Part shown: positions 53,228-63,683 of the stretch, in pieces
Position numbering within the stretch: the stretch's first letter is position 1
Layout: every line of letters begins with the position of its first letter
DNA from: Candidatus Poseidoniaceae archaeon
GTDB taxonomy: Archaea; Thermoplasmatota; Poseidoniia; Poseidoniales; Poseidoniaceae
Direction: 5' to 3'
Assembly (NCBI GenBank): GCA_030747695.1
Contig: JASLKG010000001.1
Location: 59,361 to 123,360 of the forward strand
Length of the DNA stretch: 64,000 nucleotides
Notes under the pieces: generated by a model
What the model was told of the DNA's origin: nothing
Database searches by the model: none
The model's input: the letters and a program-made list of their open reading frames with translations, nothing else
Made by a program: the position numbers and the translations under genes

Positions 53228-55741
53228 ATGGCTGGTGCTGAACGTCGACTCCGTGCGTTAGATTTACCAGTAAATGTTGTAGATTTTGTAGAGGATAAAT
53301 GGGGCATTAAAGAGTTACATCCTCCTCAAGCAGACGCAATGCCTTCAATAATATCTGGAAAGAATACAATGGTGTGCATTCCTACTGCCAGCGGTAAGAG
53401 TTTAGTTGCATTTTTGGGGATTGCAAGAAAATTATTGATAGATGAAATAGGTTCTAGAGCAATTTATATTGTTCCCCTAAAGGCCCTCGCCTCAGAAAAG
53501 AGAGATGAGTTGACGGAATTAGGTGATGCAATTGGGCTTAAAGTTGGTCTTGGAATTGGCGACTCACCTGGAGAATCTAGAAGGATAGATGATTGTGATA
53601 TATTGGTATGTACTAGTGAAAAGTTGGATTCATTAATGCGTTCAAAACCAGATCTTATTAGTAAAGTCTCAATAATTGTTGCTGATGAATTTCATTTATT
53701 AAACGACTCACATAGAGGGCCTACGATGGAAATAAACCTCACCAGATTACGCCATTTACGTCCAGATGCACAAATAATTACTCTTTCAGCAACTGTGGGA
53801 AATAGCCAGGATCTAGCGGATTGGCTAGATTCTGACTTAATATTGTCAGAATGGAGGCCGGTGAGTCTTGAATATTCAACATTGGCTGAATTAAATTTAG
53901 AGCCTCGAGCGATTCAGAAAAATGAATTAACATCGGATAGCTCACTTCTTAATCCTCCTAGAACTCTTGATGGTCCAAAAAGTCATGCAGCATGGGCAGT
54001 GTTACAAGATTCATATTCAGAAAAAGGTCAAGTTTTGATTTTTGTTTCCACTAGGAGGTCAGCACAATCAGAAGCAACAAAGTTAGGGAAAAGGATGTTT
54101 AAGTTGTTATCAAAAGCTTCGCCTGAGGAAATTGATAAACTGAATCAATTATCAGATAATCTTTCTAGAGTTTCGAATTCTTCTATGGGAGATTCCCTCT
54201 GTCAAGCAATAAAAGGTGGAGTTGCATTTCACCATGCAGGTTTACAATATCAACAGAGGAAAATTATTGAGCAGGCTTTCAAGGATGGATTAATTCACTG
54301 TCTATGTGCTACTCCTACACTAGCTTCAGGAGTTAATTTACCAGCAAGAAGAGTGTTGGTAAGGGATCTGAAGAGATTTGATGATGGTATGAGTCGGTAT
54401 CTTTCTGTAATGGAAGTTAGACAAATGCTAGGTAGAGCCGGACGTCCACGTTATGATACCAAGGGTGAAGCATGGCTATACTGCAAAGGATCAGACCGCC
54501 TTGATTTGGCAGATCAAATTTCTGAACGATATATTCACGGACCTATTGAAGATATAAATTCCAAATTAGCATCAGAACCAGCTATGAGGTTTCATCTTCT
54601 TTCTTCAATAGCAACGGGTGGATTGATTACTAGGTCCTCAATTGGTGATTTCTTCGATTCAACATTTCTAGGCAAAACACAAACATCTTCATATTTACAA
54701 GAGACAATCGATAGAATGTTACGATGGTTAGTTGATAAAAGATTTATTCGCAGAAAAATTGTTGGAGATGCCGAAAAAGAAACATGGGATGATGAAACGC
54801 CTGATTGGGTACAAGTTGCAAAGGCAACATCTGGGGTTGTAATGACATCTGGCCGGAAAAAAACTGAGCCCAGTGAAGTAACCTTTGGCTTTCATCGTGC
54901 TTCAGAAATTAGTTACACATATGAGGAATTATATGAGGCAAGTAATACTGAATATGAGTCAACACCAATGGGTGAAAGAATCTCACAATTGTACATAGAC
55001 CCACTTTCTGCTGATGTGATGATTCAAGGCCTACGTAGGGCTGTGAGGCGTTTTGTGAGAAAAGATTTACCTGTAACAGAGTTTGGTTTGTGCCATTTGA
55101 TTTCTGCTACACCGGACTTCATACCATTTTGGGCTAAATCATCAGAACTAGCCTTTGGGAGTCCATTAAGACAAAAATCAGCATTAGTTGATGATGAATT
55201 GTTGATTGAATCACCAATTGATGAAAGGGCGCTTGGATTAGTAAAAAGCGCATGGTGTACTGAACTTTGGTACAATGAAATAGAATTGCGTGAAATTGAG
55301 AAACAAATCGGAGTAACTCCTGGAGACATCCATTCAAGAGTAGATTTGATGTCTTGGTTGTTACTTGCAGCTAGAGAAGTATTGTTACGCGATGATGTTT
55401 TTGCAGACGAACATTTGGTACATGTAGCAAATTTGGCAGCAATGATTGATGTAGTTAGATTGAGAGTAAGATCAGGATGTAAAGAAGATTTACTTCAATT
55501 GGTCCAAGTACGAAATATTGGAAGATCACGGGCAAGGGAATTATCAAAAATGGGAATTAGGACTCCTGCTGATTTGTTAAAAATGACAAATAGAGACTTG
55601 GACAAATTAAAATCTAAACGAGGCTGGGGCCCCAAACTGGTTGAGAGAATTATGGAATCGGTTTCTAAGTTGAGTAATTCTAATCAAGATAAACCAAAAC
55701 GTTCTGATGATGAACCATTAGAAGGCGAGCGCCAGCATTGA
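53228..55741 (+). CDS. hel308: Ski2-like SF2 DNA helicase Hel308/Hjm
   Basis: PTASGKS, PLKALASEK, DEFH, SATVGN, FHHAGL, GVNLPA, QMLGRAGRP; C-terminal HhH domain. Confidence 0.93.
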   Translation: MAGAERRLRALDLPVNVVDFVEDKWGIKELHPPQADAMPSIISGKNTMVCIPTASGKSLVAFLGIARKLLIDEIGSRAIYIVPLKALASEKRDELTELGDAIGLKVGLGIGDSPGESRRIDDCDILVCTSEKLDSLMRSKPDLISKVSIIVADEFHLLNDSHRGPTMEINLTRLRHLRPDAQIITLSATVGNSQDLADWLDSDLILSEWRPVSLEYSTLAELNLEPRAIQKNELTSDSSLLNPPRTLDGPKSHAAWAVLQDSYSEKGQVLIFVSTRRSAQSEATKLGKRMFKLLSKASPEEIDKLNQLSDNLSRVSNSSMGDSLCQAIKGGVAFHHAGLQYQQRKIIEQAFKDGLIHCLCATPTLASGVNLPARRVLVRDLKRFDDGMSRYLSVMEVRQMLGRAGRPRYDTKGEAWLYCKGSDRLDLADQISERYIHGPIEDINSKLASEPAMRFHLLSSIATGGLITRSSIGDFFDSTFLGKTQTSSYLQETIDRMLRWLVDKRFIRRKIVGDAEKETWDDETPDWVQVAKATSGVVMTSGRKKTEPSEVTFGFHRASEISYTYEELYEASNTEYESTPMGERISQLYIDPLSADVMIQGLRRAVRRFVRKDLPVTEFGLCHLISATPDFIPFWAKSSELAFGSPLRQKSALVDDELLIESPIDERALGLVKSAWCTELWYNEIELREIEKQIGVTPGDIHSRVDLMSWLLLAAREVLLRDDVFADEHLVHVANLAAMIDVVRLRVRSGCKEDLLQLVQVRNIGRSRARELSKMGIRTPADLLKMTNRDLDKLKSKRGWGPKLVERIMESVSKLSNSNQDKPKRSDDEPLEGERQH

Positions 55742-55760
55742 AGTGTGATATCCTCTCCAG

Positions 55761-56252
55761 ATGGTTGTGAGCCAACCTCAATTTCCATGTGTCCGAGTGA
55801 AATTTCCTGAGGCATTGACGGATTCTAGATCAGTTGTAATGCGATGGATTGATGTGCGAGAAGATGCATCATGGGTCCTGGTATGTGGTGACTCATTAGC
55901 AAGCGAAGTTCATGGATGGGTCGCATTAACAGTAATGAATCGTAATCATAAGCGTGACAAAATGAAATCAAATTCTAGAGATGCTGAATTTATGAGATTA
56001 ATTTCAGGTACACATCATGTTTCCGCAAGTTTCAAACGCGCCGGATTAATCAATGGAGATACTGAAGGTTGGATTATACACCTTGATGGAGATATGAATT
56101 CAGATTTCGATTCACATGTAGATAAAATGGGTTTTACTAAGATAGAAGTAAGGCCTTCAATTGAATTGTTTTCAGCAGAAAGAATGGGTATTGAAAATGG
56201 TTCTAGTGAGGATGTGGCAATTGGCCATATACATTTAGCGGATTTGAGATAA
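55761..56252 (+). CDS. cgi121: KEOPS complex subunit Cgi121-like
   Basis: SRDAEFMRLISGTHHVSASFKRAG resembles the Cgi121 core (E.lly.SG..QI..A....G). Adjacency to hel308 is common in archaea. Confidence 0.6.
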   Translation: MVVSQPQFPCVRVKFPEALTDSRSVVMRWIDVREDASWVLVCGDSLASEVHGWVALTVMNRNHKRDKMKSNSRDAEFMRLISGTHHVSASFKRAGLINGDTEGWIIHLDGDMNSDFDSHVDKMGFTKIEVRPSIELFSAERMGIENGSSEDVAIGHIHLADLR

Positions 56253-56292
56253 TCCGGGAATAGTTGAAAGAGCACCTACGTAACCGCATAGC

Positions 56293-57735
56293 ATGGTCGT
56301 GGCTTCGCCGAGTATTTCTACTACTAATTTAGAGACCGGAAGGCTTCTCGATAAAGACAAAATAACCAAGTCATTGGATATTGCAACATCATTGGGAGCA
56401 GATTATGCAGAAATACGTTTAGTAAGTGAAACTACAAACATAGCATCACTGAAAGATGGCCATCTTGAGAAGGCAATACCTGGTCAGGAAATAGGTGCAA
56501 CTTTGAGGATATTGGCAGATGGTGCTTGGGGAGTACATTCGACAAGTGATATTTCATCAATAGTTTCTCAAATTGAACCAACATTAAGACTAGCCAAGGC
56601 AGTTGCAAACCGTAGGGTTAAGAATCAACTTAGAGTTGAATTAGCCGATGTACCAATAATTCAAGATGAGATTCACTGGCTTGGGAAAAAGGATGTAAGA
56701 GATACAGATCTAGATACCAGAATAGAAATGATGACTGCAATAGATTCAGAGGCTAGGGATGACTCAAAAATAGTTTCAACAATGACAGGTTGGAGTGATG
56801 AGCATATACATACTGAACTGCTTACAAGTGAGGGCATGGATCGAGTATGGTCATTTCAACGATCCTTGATTAATGGAATGGTAACTGCAAGAGATGGCGA
56901 TGGAGTCGTATCTTACAGAATGAGGCACGGCGGAGAAGGTGGATTAGAAATTATCGAGAAATGTGATTTGGGACAAATGGGTATTCAAGCCAGAGAGTCC
57001 GCATTGAGATTGCTTAATGCAGAAAGGGTACCTTCTGGGAAAATGCCATTAGTTGCTGATAGAGATTTAACAGGGGTGTATATCCATGAAGCACTAGGGC
57101 ATCCTTGTGAAGCAGACCTTGTTCAGGCTGGTGATTCTTGTTTAGAAGGAAAATTAGGTCAAAAAATAGGTTCAGATATTTGTACAGTTGTAGATGATCC
57201 TACAATGAGGGGCGGATATGGATGCTATCCTATTGACGATGAGGGTGTTGATACCAGGCCGAAAAATTTGATAATAAACGGAGTATTGAATGAGTATCTA
57301 AATCATCGTGAGACTGCTCAAAGGTTTGATTTGGAACCCAACGGTGGAGCAAGAGCTCAAGATGGGCTCCATCATCCATTAGTTCGTATGTCGAATACAG
57401 TTATCCAAGGTGGAAATCACAAAGATTTGGATGAACTGATTGAAGATATACAATTTGGAATTTATGCATGCGGAAGTCGTGGTGGCCAAGTTGATACTGG
57501 AAGAGGTTCATTTCAATTTGCTGCTCAGGAGGCATGGTTGATTGAAAATGGAAATTTAACAAGACCAGTAAAAGATGTTAGTATTTCTGGAATGACTTTA
57601 CAGATTCTCAAAGATGTTGATGGACTAACACGTGATGCTAAACTAGGTTCACCTGGATTTTGTGGCAAAGGTCAGACTGTACCTGTTGGAGACGGTGGGC
57701 CATTGATGAGAATAAAGACAGCTTTGGTGGGATGA
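56293..57735 (+). CDS. tldD: TldD metalloprotease
   Basis: ADYAEIR, HEALGHPCEAD, DDEGV, RMSNT, CGKGQTVPVGDGGP. Confidence 0.93.
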   Translation: MVVASPSISTTNLETGRLLDKDKITKSLDIATSLGADYAEIRLVSETTNIASLKDGHLEKAIPGQEIGATLRILADGAWGVHSTSDISSIVSQIEPTLRLAKAVANRRVKNQLRVELADVPIIQDEIHWLGKKDVRDTDLDTRIEMMTAIDSEARDDSKIVSTMTGWSDEHIHTELLTSEGMDRVWSFQRSLINGMVTARDGDGVVSYRMRHGGEGGLEIIEKCDLGQMGIQARESALRLLNAERVPSGKMPLVADRDLTGVYIHEALGHPCEADLVQAGDSCLEGKLGQKIGSDICTVVDDPTMRGGYGCYPIDDEGVDTRPKNLIINGVLNEYLNHRETAQRFDLEPNGGARAQDGLHHPLVRMSNTVIQGGNHKDLDELIEDIQFGIYACGSRGGQVDTGRGSFQFAAQEAWLIENGNLTRPVKDVSISGMTLQILKDVDGLTRDAKLGSPGFCGKGQTVPVGDGGPLMRIKTALVG

Positions 57736-59138
57736 CCATGATTCCTGATGATGCAGTTGAAAGACTACTAGATTCCGCACAAAAAATCGGAAATAGTTGT
57801 GAAACTTTAGGAATCGAACAATGGGAAGTGTTTGCTACACAAGGATATGGACATTCTCTCGATTTCGAAGCTGGAAAGATTTCGATGGCATCAGGCGGAG
57901 GAGATGGTGGTTTCGGCCTTCGTGTAGTTGAAGAGGGGAGGTATGGTTATGCCCACCTCGTGGATCCATCAGGAGCAGATAGAGCTGTGCATGAAGCAAT
58001 TAGTATTGCAAGAAAATCTCCTGCAATCTCTGGGTTTGAATTACCAGCTAATCAAGAAACAAGTAAGGTAGGCGGTATGCTTGACAAACAAATCTTGAAT
58101 CTTGGACCTGAGGATTTACTAGAACAAGGAGACATAGTGCTCGAAAAAGTTGTGGAATTAGATAAACGTGCAATTGCAGTAGGAGGTGGAATTGGGATTG
58201 GTGCGTCTGCAGGCGCAATTGTTACGAGTAGTGGAATTGAAGATGGCGGGATACAAACTTCTCATGGAATTGGAATTCATGTTTCGATTGATGAAGATGA
58301 CGAACTTACATCCTCATATGAGGGTGATTCGTCTCGTAAATTGATTAAAGATATTACCAAGTCAGTTGAAAAAGCAGTTCATTGGTCACAAGTGACTAGG
58401 AATAAGATACCAGGCGGTGAGACTTCAGATTGTCCTGTTTTGCTGACTTCAGATGCTTTTTCACCCCTTTTCTCAATGGTGGCGCCACCAGCATTGTCTG
58501 GAGAAAGAATGGCGCGCAACGAGTCCTTTTGGTCAGGAAAAATGGGTGAGATTGTGATTGCAGATCACCTTTCTCTGAAAAATGATGGACGAATGGAAGG
58601 AGGTTCTTCCTCTGGTTCGAGAGACGGTGAGGGCATTCCTACTCAAACTAGAAATTTAGTAGAAAACGGACGTTTGTTAGGAGAAAATTGGTCTACTAGG
58701 GATGCAGCAAAAATGGTTGCAGAGGGCCGTGTAGATAAAGCAAAGAGCACAGGATCAGCTAGTCGTTCAGGCCACACATCACCTCCTATTTGTGGATGCT
58801 CAGATTTGAGCTTACTTTCTAGAAATAATCAACATAGTCGTGATAGATTGATTGAAGAAATGAATGATGGTTACATAATTCATAGCGTAATGGGCGCCCA
58901 TACAGCTAATCCTACTAGTGGTGATTTTTCTGTTACGACGTCTACAATCTTGCGTGTCGAGTCAGGTGAATTAGTTGGTGCATTATCACAGGCAGGATTT
59001 TCTGGAAATATGGCAAAAGCATTAGCAGGTCGAGTCGTTCTTGGTAATACAATTTCAAAAAAGGGATCTTATACCTCAGGGACCATGCATGTGCCTGATG
59101 TATTGATGTTTGATGAACTTCGTGTAAATCCTGCTTAA
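57732..59138 (+). CDS. pmbA: TldE/PmbA protein
   Basis: ATGA overlap with tldD; DGEGIPT, STGSASR, GAHTANPTSGDFS; no HExxH. Confidence 0.88.
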   Translation: MTMIPDDAVERLLDSAQKIGNSCETLGIEQWEVFATQGYGHSLDFEAGKISMASGGGDGGFGLRVVEEGRYGYAHLVDPSGADRAVHEAISIARKSPAISGFELPANQETSKVGGMLDKQILNLGPEDLLEQGDIVLEKVVELDKRAIAVGGGIGIGASAGAIVTSSGIEDGGIQTSHGIGIHVSIDEDDELTSSYEGDSSRKLIKDITKSVEKAVHWSQVTRNKIPGGETSDCPVLLTSDAFSPLFSMVAPPALSGERMARNESFWSGKMGEIVIADHLSLKNDGRMEGGSSSGSRDGEGIPTQTRNLVENGRLLGENWSTRDAAKMVAEGRVDKAKSTGSASRSGHTSPPICGCSDLSLLSRNNQHSRDRLIEEMNDGYIIHSVMGAHTANPTSGDFSVTTSTILRVESGELVGALSQAGFSGNMAKALAGRVVLGNTISKKGSYTSGTMHVPDVLMFDELRVNPA

Positions 59139-59300
59139 TCGAACAAAAAGGGATCAATATTTAGCCGGTGAGTTCAAAGACTGCCGCCAAAAACCTCTTG
59201 CTCCACGGAGGTGAGAGGGAGTGTCAATACTGAACCAAACCGCACGAGAGCCCGACCACCCGTCCTATGACGGGTTAGATAAAGAAAACAACCTGTCGAG
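59139..59300 (+). promoter_or_regulatory. GC-richer intergenic region with stem-loops (possible structured 5' leader of the RPA operon)
   Basis: ACCCGTC-CTAT-GACGGGT (59258-59275) and an imperfect hairpin CCTCT..CTC-CACG-GAG..AGAGG (59194-59218). Confidence 0.4.
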
Positions 59301-61010
59301 GTGGAAACCTTGACTGCTGAATATGAAATGCATGTTCAGGAAGTAATCAAACAAGTTCCTGAAGCAGACCCAATAAAAGTCGCCGAAGCTTTTGCGCGTT
59401 ATGAGACGGATTTCCTTATTCCACCAGCAGATGCAATGAGATCAGTCCTGAGACGTTTCCAAGGCGAAACTGGAATAAAATCAGATTCACCAAAGACGAA
59501 TGAATCAAAACAAAAACAACTTCAACCTGTAAAAAAGGTAGAAAAATTGTCGGAATTATCTGGCGATGATAAGAATGTCGAGATTCAAGTAGAAGTTATT
59601 ACACACAATCCTAGTAAAACAATGGTTAGAGGTGAAGAAAAAGTTGTACCTTACGGTTTGCTTGAAGATCAGCCATGGTCTAATGGATCCGATAGGACAC
59701 GCTGGCAGTACAAAGATTGGGGAAATAGCCCCAATTTGAATCCTGGATCAATAGTAAGACTTGAGGGTGCTTCAGTTAATGAGTATCAAGGAAGGATGAG
59801 TCTAAACATAAACCAATCTACTAGAATTGTAGTGATAGAGGAAGGCGAAAGAACAGTAAATACCCCAGGAGAACCGGTTGAAATTAATCAAATTAAATCA
59901 GATGGCACTGTTACAGTGGTCGGACGGTTGTTAGCTAGTAGGAATGATGTCATACATCGTAAAGATGGTAGTGGAACAATTGATGTTGTAAGGGGGCGGA
60001 TAGCTGATGATTCTGGTGCAATTGGTTTCCTTTCGTGGGAACCATTTGAACATGAGGTGGGTTCCTTATTAAAAATTGAAAATGCTAACATTAGAACCTT
60101 TAGAAATACTCCTGAGATAAATATAGGAACAGGAACTAGAATCGAAATTTATCATGATACTAATTTTTCAAGCACCGATGAATTGTCAGCACAAGCAGTA
60201 TCAAAAATAGAAGATCTGAAAGATGGCTCAAGAGATGTAGAAATCATCGTTGAAGTACAAAAGATGACAAAGAGAGTATTTACGAATAAAGATGGAGATG
60301 AACAATCAGTTTGGTCATGCGAAATTGCAGATCCAACTGGTAGGTGCCGTTCTACTATGTGGTCTGAACCTCCAAATGATTTTGATAAATTACCAATCGT
60401 GATAAGGTTGAATTCTGTTAGGGTAAGAGCATGGCAAGGAATTCCTGATATCACAATCGACGACTCATCTCAAATTGAAATATTAGCCGCAGCACCTTGG
60501 GGAGATGAAATTGATTTAGAAAATAATCTAGTTGAAGTAGAATTGTTCAAATTAGCAGAAGGACCTAGCAGGGTTGGAGTTGTTACCTCGGGAAATATTG
60601 TGTCGGTGAGGGAAGATTGTGGTCTCATCAAAAGATGTACTGAATGTCGAAGAGTCTTACGAGATGGCGAATGTGCTACACATGGCGAACAAGAAGGCGA
60701 TACAGATGTTAGATTACGACTCGTCATAGATGATGGCATAGGTACGATGTCGTTGTTAGTAAATAAAGAGGCTTCATGTACACTCCTAGATATGTCTCAA
60801 TCTGATATGAGTGACACATGTGAAGAAAATGGACAAATGTCCTTTGTACAAGAAATTAGAGAAAAACTCCTCGGAAGAAAAGTTGTTGCAAGTGGTCGTT
60901 CAATAATAGATGAACAGGGAGGAATGATTTTGTCAGATTCCGTAAAAATTGTTGAGATTGATTCTGCTTTGGAAGCTACCGAACTGAGAGCAAAATGGGA
61001 GGTGGCCTGA
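59301..61010 (+). CDS. rpa: replication protein A large subunit (multiple OB folds plus zinc finger)
   Basis: Repeated OB folds (RIADDSG, EIADPTG, VIDDGIG) and a CTEC...CATH zinc-finger motif. Confidence 0.88.
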   Translation: METLTAEYEMHVQEVIKQVPEADPIKVAEAFARYETDFLIPPADAMRSVLRRFQGETGIKSDSPKTNESKQKQLQPVKKVEKLSELSGDDKNVEIQVEVITHNPSKTMVRGEEKVVPYGLLEDQPWSNGSDRTRWQYKDWGNSPNLNPGSIVRLEGASVNEYQGRMSLNINQSTRIVVIEEGERTVNTPGEPVEINQIKSDGTVTVVGRLLASRNDVIHRKDGSGTIDVVRGRIADDSGAIGFLSWEPFEHEVGSLLKIENANIRTFRNTPEINIGTGTRIEIYHDTNFSSTDELSAQAVSKIEDLKDGSRDVEIIVEVQKMTKRVFTNKDGDEQSVWSCEIADPTGRCRSTMWSEPPNDFDKLPIVIRLNSVRVRAWQGIPDITIDDSSQIEILAAAPWGDEIDLENNLVEVELFKLAEGPSRVGVVTSGNIVSVREDCGLIKRCTECRRVLRDGECATHGEQEGDTDVRLRLVIDDGIGTMSLLVNKEASCTLLDMSQSDMSDTCEENGQMSFVQEIREKLLGRKVVASGRSIIDEQGGMILSDSVKIVEIDSALEATELRAKWEVA

Positions 61011-61943
61011 TTGCAATCATCTAGAAGGGCTAAAAGGCAACCAGCATGGCATATGCTTGCCTCAGAATTCGGAGATTCTACTCTACATCAACAAGGGTCA
61101 GGTGAATTCGACCCACTCTTCATCGTTACTAAGTTGGGCGCTAAAGTAAACAGATTATTGGTAGCAGGGATGATTGAAAGTTTAGAACCTAGAGAAACTC
61201 AAAGCGGTTCAACACTTTGGCAAGGCCGACTTAGGGATCCTTCGGGAATTAATTTTTTCTCGGTTGGCGACTATGCTTCAGAATCCATGCGTGAATTGAC
61301 TTTACAACTTTCTTCAAGGTTAGAAGACGGAGAAAATATAATGTTAATGATGACAGCAAAGGCAAGGTTCTTCCAAAACGAAGAAGGTTCTATATTTACC
61401 AGTTTGAGGCCTGAAGAAGCATGTGTAATCAGTAGATCTACCTACAGAATGTGGCTTGTAGAAGCAGCAAAAGGTATGTTGAATCGAATCGATGCATTGG
61501 AGAATTCCCATTCTTTAGATAATAATGAAAAATCGTTCACAGAAGGAGGAATTCCATCAAATTTGATTGAAGGGTTATTACTTGCTACCCCACATTATGG
61601 TGAAATTGACCTTGAAACATATAGGTTGAATATTATGCAAACATTAGATATCGCTGAAGACAAATTACCAACACAAATAAACTTGCCAAACAAAGATTTG
61701 AACCAAGAAACCTTGACATCAAAGACTGATGAAGAAGAATCGGATGACGCCGATCTTAAGAGTTTGATATTGGATTTCATCGATCGCTTGGATAAGGGTG
61801 AAGGTGTTGATTTTGATACATTGTTATCTAACGCTGCCGCAAGAGGTCATGATAGAGATTTGGCTGAAGCTGCCCTTGATGAATTATCAGAAGAAGGTAG
61901 TGTACATGAGCCTCGCTTTGGATGGTTCAAGAAGTCCGAGTAA
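61011..61943 (+). CDS. RPA32-like / RPA-associated OB-fold protein with C-terminal winged helix
   Basis: KRQPAW...TKLGAKVNRLLVAG, RLRDPSG, SLRPE; C-terminal L.EEGSVHEPRFGWFK wHTH. Abuts rpa. Confidence 0.8.
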   Translation: MQSSRRAKRQPAWHMLASEFGDSTLHQQGSGEFDPLFIVTKLGAKVNRLLVAGMIESLEPRETQSGSTLWQGRLRDPSGINFFSVGDYASESMRELTLQLSSRLEDGENIMLMMTAKARFFQNEEGSIFTSLRPEEACVISRSTYRMWLVEAAKGMLNRIDALENSHSLDNNEKSFTEGGIPSNLIEGLLLATPHYGEIDLETYRLNIMQTLDIAEDKLPTQINLPNKDLNQETLTSKTDEEESDDADLKSLILDFIDRLDKGEGVDFDTLLSNAAARGHDRDLAEAALDELSEEGSVHEPRFGWFKKSE

Positions 61944-62004
61944 CTAGTTTAACTTGCAACAGGTTCAAGACTTGCTCGCGTCCTCGTCTATGTACGGTGA
62001 GGTT

Positions 62005-62358
62005 ATGGTAGGACATGATTTTTTTATTCGGCCGGCATCTGGAACTACTAGTTCAGATTGGGTTAGACTTTCTAATGCAGATATTAATGTATCAATAACA
62101 AGGAGAGTTACTAGGACTGTTTTGCACGGTGGAGAAGGTGATGATTTAGTTGATGAAGGTGCTGAGTCGGCTGTTTATGTTGTCAAAGGCGAGATGGAAC
62201 TTGAGGACTATAAGAAAGTCCTCAAGATGTTTAGGTCTGGACAACCATACATCCATGACCCCTTTGAAGAAAGAGATGTGAAAACAGTATTTAGTCGCCT
62301 AGAATACGATGGATCTGAGAATTTGTATGAATTTGAATTCATTGAAGATATAAGATGA
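62005..62358 (+). CDS. small hypothetical protein (possible phage tail-tube-initiator-like fold)
   Basis: ATG 62005 follows GGTGAGG. RRVTRTVLHGGEGDDLVDEG...YVVKG pattern. 10-bp gap to the next gene. Confidence 0.6.
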   Translation: MVGHDFFIRPASGTTSSDWVRLSNADINVSITRRVTRTVLHGGEGDDLVDEGAESAVYVVKGEMELEDYKKVLKMFRSGQPYIHDPFEERDVKTVFSRLEYDGSENLYEFEFIEDIR

Positions 62359-62368
62359 GGTGTAAATA

Positions 62369-62941
62369 GTGCGCTCACTTGACGAATCTAGAGAAATACT
62401 CTACGTCATCAGGACGCTAGATGTGTTAATGGGTTCTGGAGTTGGACTTGAGGCTGCAATATTTTCGATTTCACAGGGCGGATATGGAGTAATTTCAAAA
62501 GATTTTGAAAAAATGATGTCTGCAATAAACAAAGGCAACAAACTAGAATCAGAATTAAGATCATTACTTAGAAAAGCAGAATCAGATGGTTACAAGAGAG
62601 TAATCAATACAATGCTAAACAATGTAACGCAAAATACAGACATTATTCAGACTCTTAGGAAACAAGGGGAACGGATGGAAGAAGAGAGATCTCAGAATGT
62701 TAAGGAATATATTGAGGAACTGGGAGGAGTCCCAGAAACATTGCTATCAATCGGAATGATAGGGCCAATAATTCTCTCAATAGGAGGTATTTTCCCTCAA
62801 TTGATGGAAGGCGCAGAGGAGATTTTTGGAAGTTTTGACCAAGGTACAGTAATGACAGTTGTAAATGCAGGATTAGTTTTGACATTAGCTGGAATGGCAT
62901 TGACTGGGATAAAAGCCCATACAAAGGACCCGGGGTTGTGA
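62369..62941 (+). CDS. type II secretion system F family (TadB/TadC/FlaJ-like) membrane platform protein
   Basis: LMGSGVGLEAAI...YGVISKDF T2SSF pattern; two C-terminal TM segments. Confidence 0.8.
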   Translation: MRSLDESREILYVIRTLDVLMGSGVGLEAAIFSISQGGYGVISKDFEKMMSAINKGNKLESELRSLLRKAESDGYKRVINTMLNNVTQNTDIIQTLRKQGERMEEERSQNVKEYIEELGGVPETLLSIGMIGPIILSIGGIFPQLMEGAEEIFGSFDQGTVMTVVNAGLVLTLAGMALTGIKAHTKDPGL

Positions 62942-62945
62942 TTAG

Positions 62946-63674
62946 ATGATTTTCAGTATTCTTGAAATGTTTCGTCATTCTCCACTATTATTATTTTTGA
63001 CAACTATAGGTGTTGCTTTTGCAATTGGAGGAGTTCCTCCGATGATTGAAAGAAGTAGAAGAAGAAGTATAGAGAACGATTTACCAGCACTTTTAGAAGC
63101 TCTATCAGATTCATTAGGAGCTGGATTGGGATTACAACAAGCAATGATGGCAGAAGCAGATAGAAATACAGGTGCACTAGGTCGTTTGCTAAGAGAAACT
63201 CTTGCAGAAAGTCATGCATCTTCATTCGAGTCAGCCTTAGCGAATTTTGCTGCAAAAACTAGATCTTCACAAGTTCAACGTGTGATGAATTTGATTACTA
63301 CTGCATTGGAACAAGACGCCCCTCTGCAGGATATTCTTGCAAACATGTCCAGAGATTACGAGAGATTGAATGATTTGATGAATCGTAGAGAATCTGATTT
63401 GTCTGGACGTTCCATACTGATAATCATGTTTGTATCGGTAGGATTGCCATTCCTTATTGCATTCATAGTCGGTTTGTTCGCTCCAAGATCAGATGGTTTT
63501 CAACTTGAATCTTTCAATCATTCATTTACATTGTTTTTTGGGGCAGCAAGCTTTGTAGCAATTTCAGTAGGCGGTCGTATGCTGGGAAGAATGAGAGATG
63601 CTTTGTGGTGGGCCCCTTTATGGATGTCCATTTCAATGATGATTTATCATGTAGGAATTAGAGTAATTGGATAG
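62946..63674 (+). CDS. type II secretion system F family (TadB/TadC-like) membrane platform protein
   Basis: IENDLPALLEALSDSLGAGLGLQQAM, GALG, AL..FA..T.S; TM segments at both ends. Confidence 0.85.
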   Translation: MIFSILEMFRHSPLLLFLTTIGVAFAIGGVPPMIERSRRRSIENDLPALLEALSDSLGAGLGLQQAMMAEADRNTGALGRLLRETLAESHASSFESALANFAAKTRSSQVQRVMNLITTALEQDAPLQDILANMSRDYERLNDLMNRRESDLSGRSILIIMFVSVGLPFLIAFIVGLFAPRSDGFQLESFNHSFTLFFGAASFVAISVGGRMLGRMRDALWWAPLWMSISMMIYHVGIRVIG

Positions 63675-63683
63675 GTGTAAGAA

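Noticed and set aside
59160-59235. tRNA-like look (GAGTTCAAA resembling a T-loop)
   Set aside because: The flanks do not form a T-stem, and no cloverleaf or acceptor stem could be built.
62005-62358. Provirus at the right end
   Set aside because: No integrase, capsid, terminase or att repeats; the neighbours are cellular genes.
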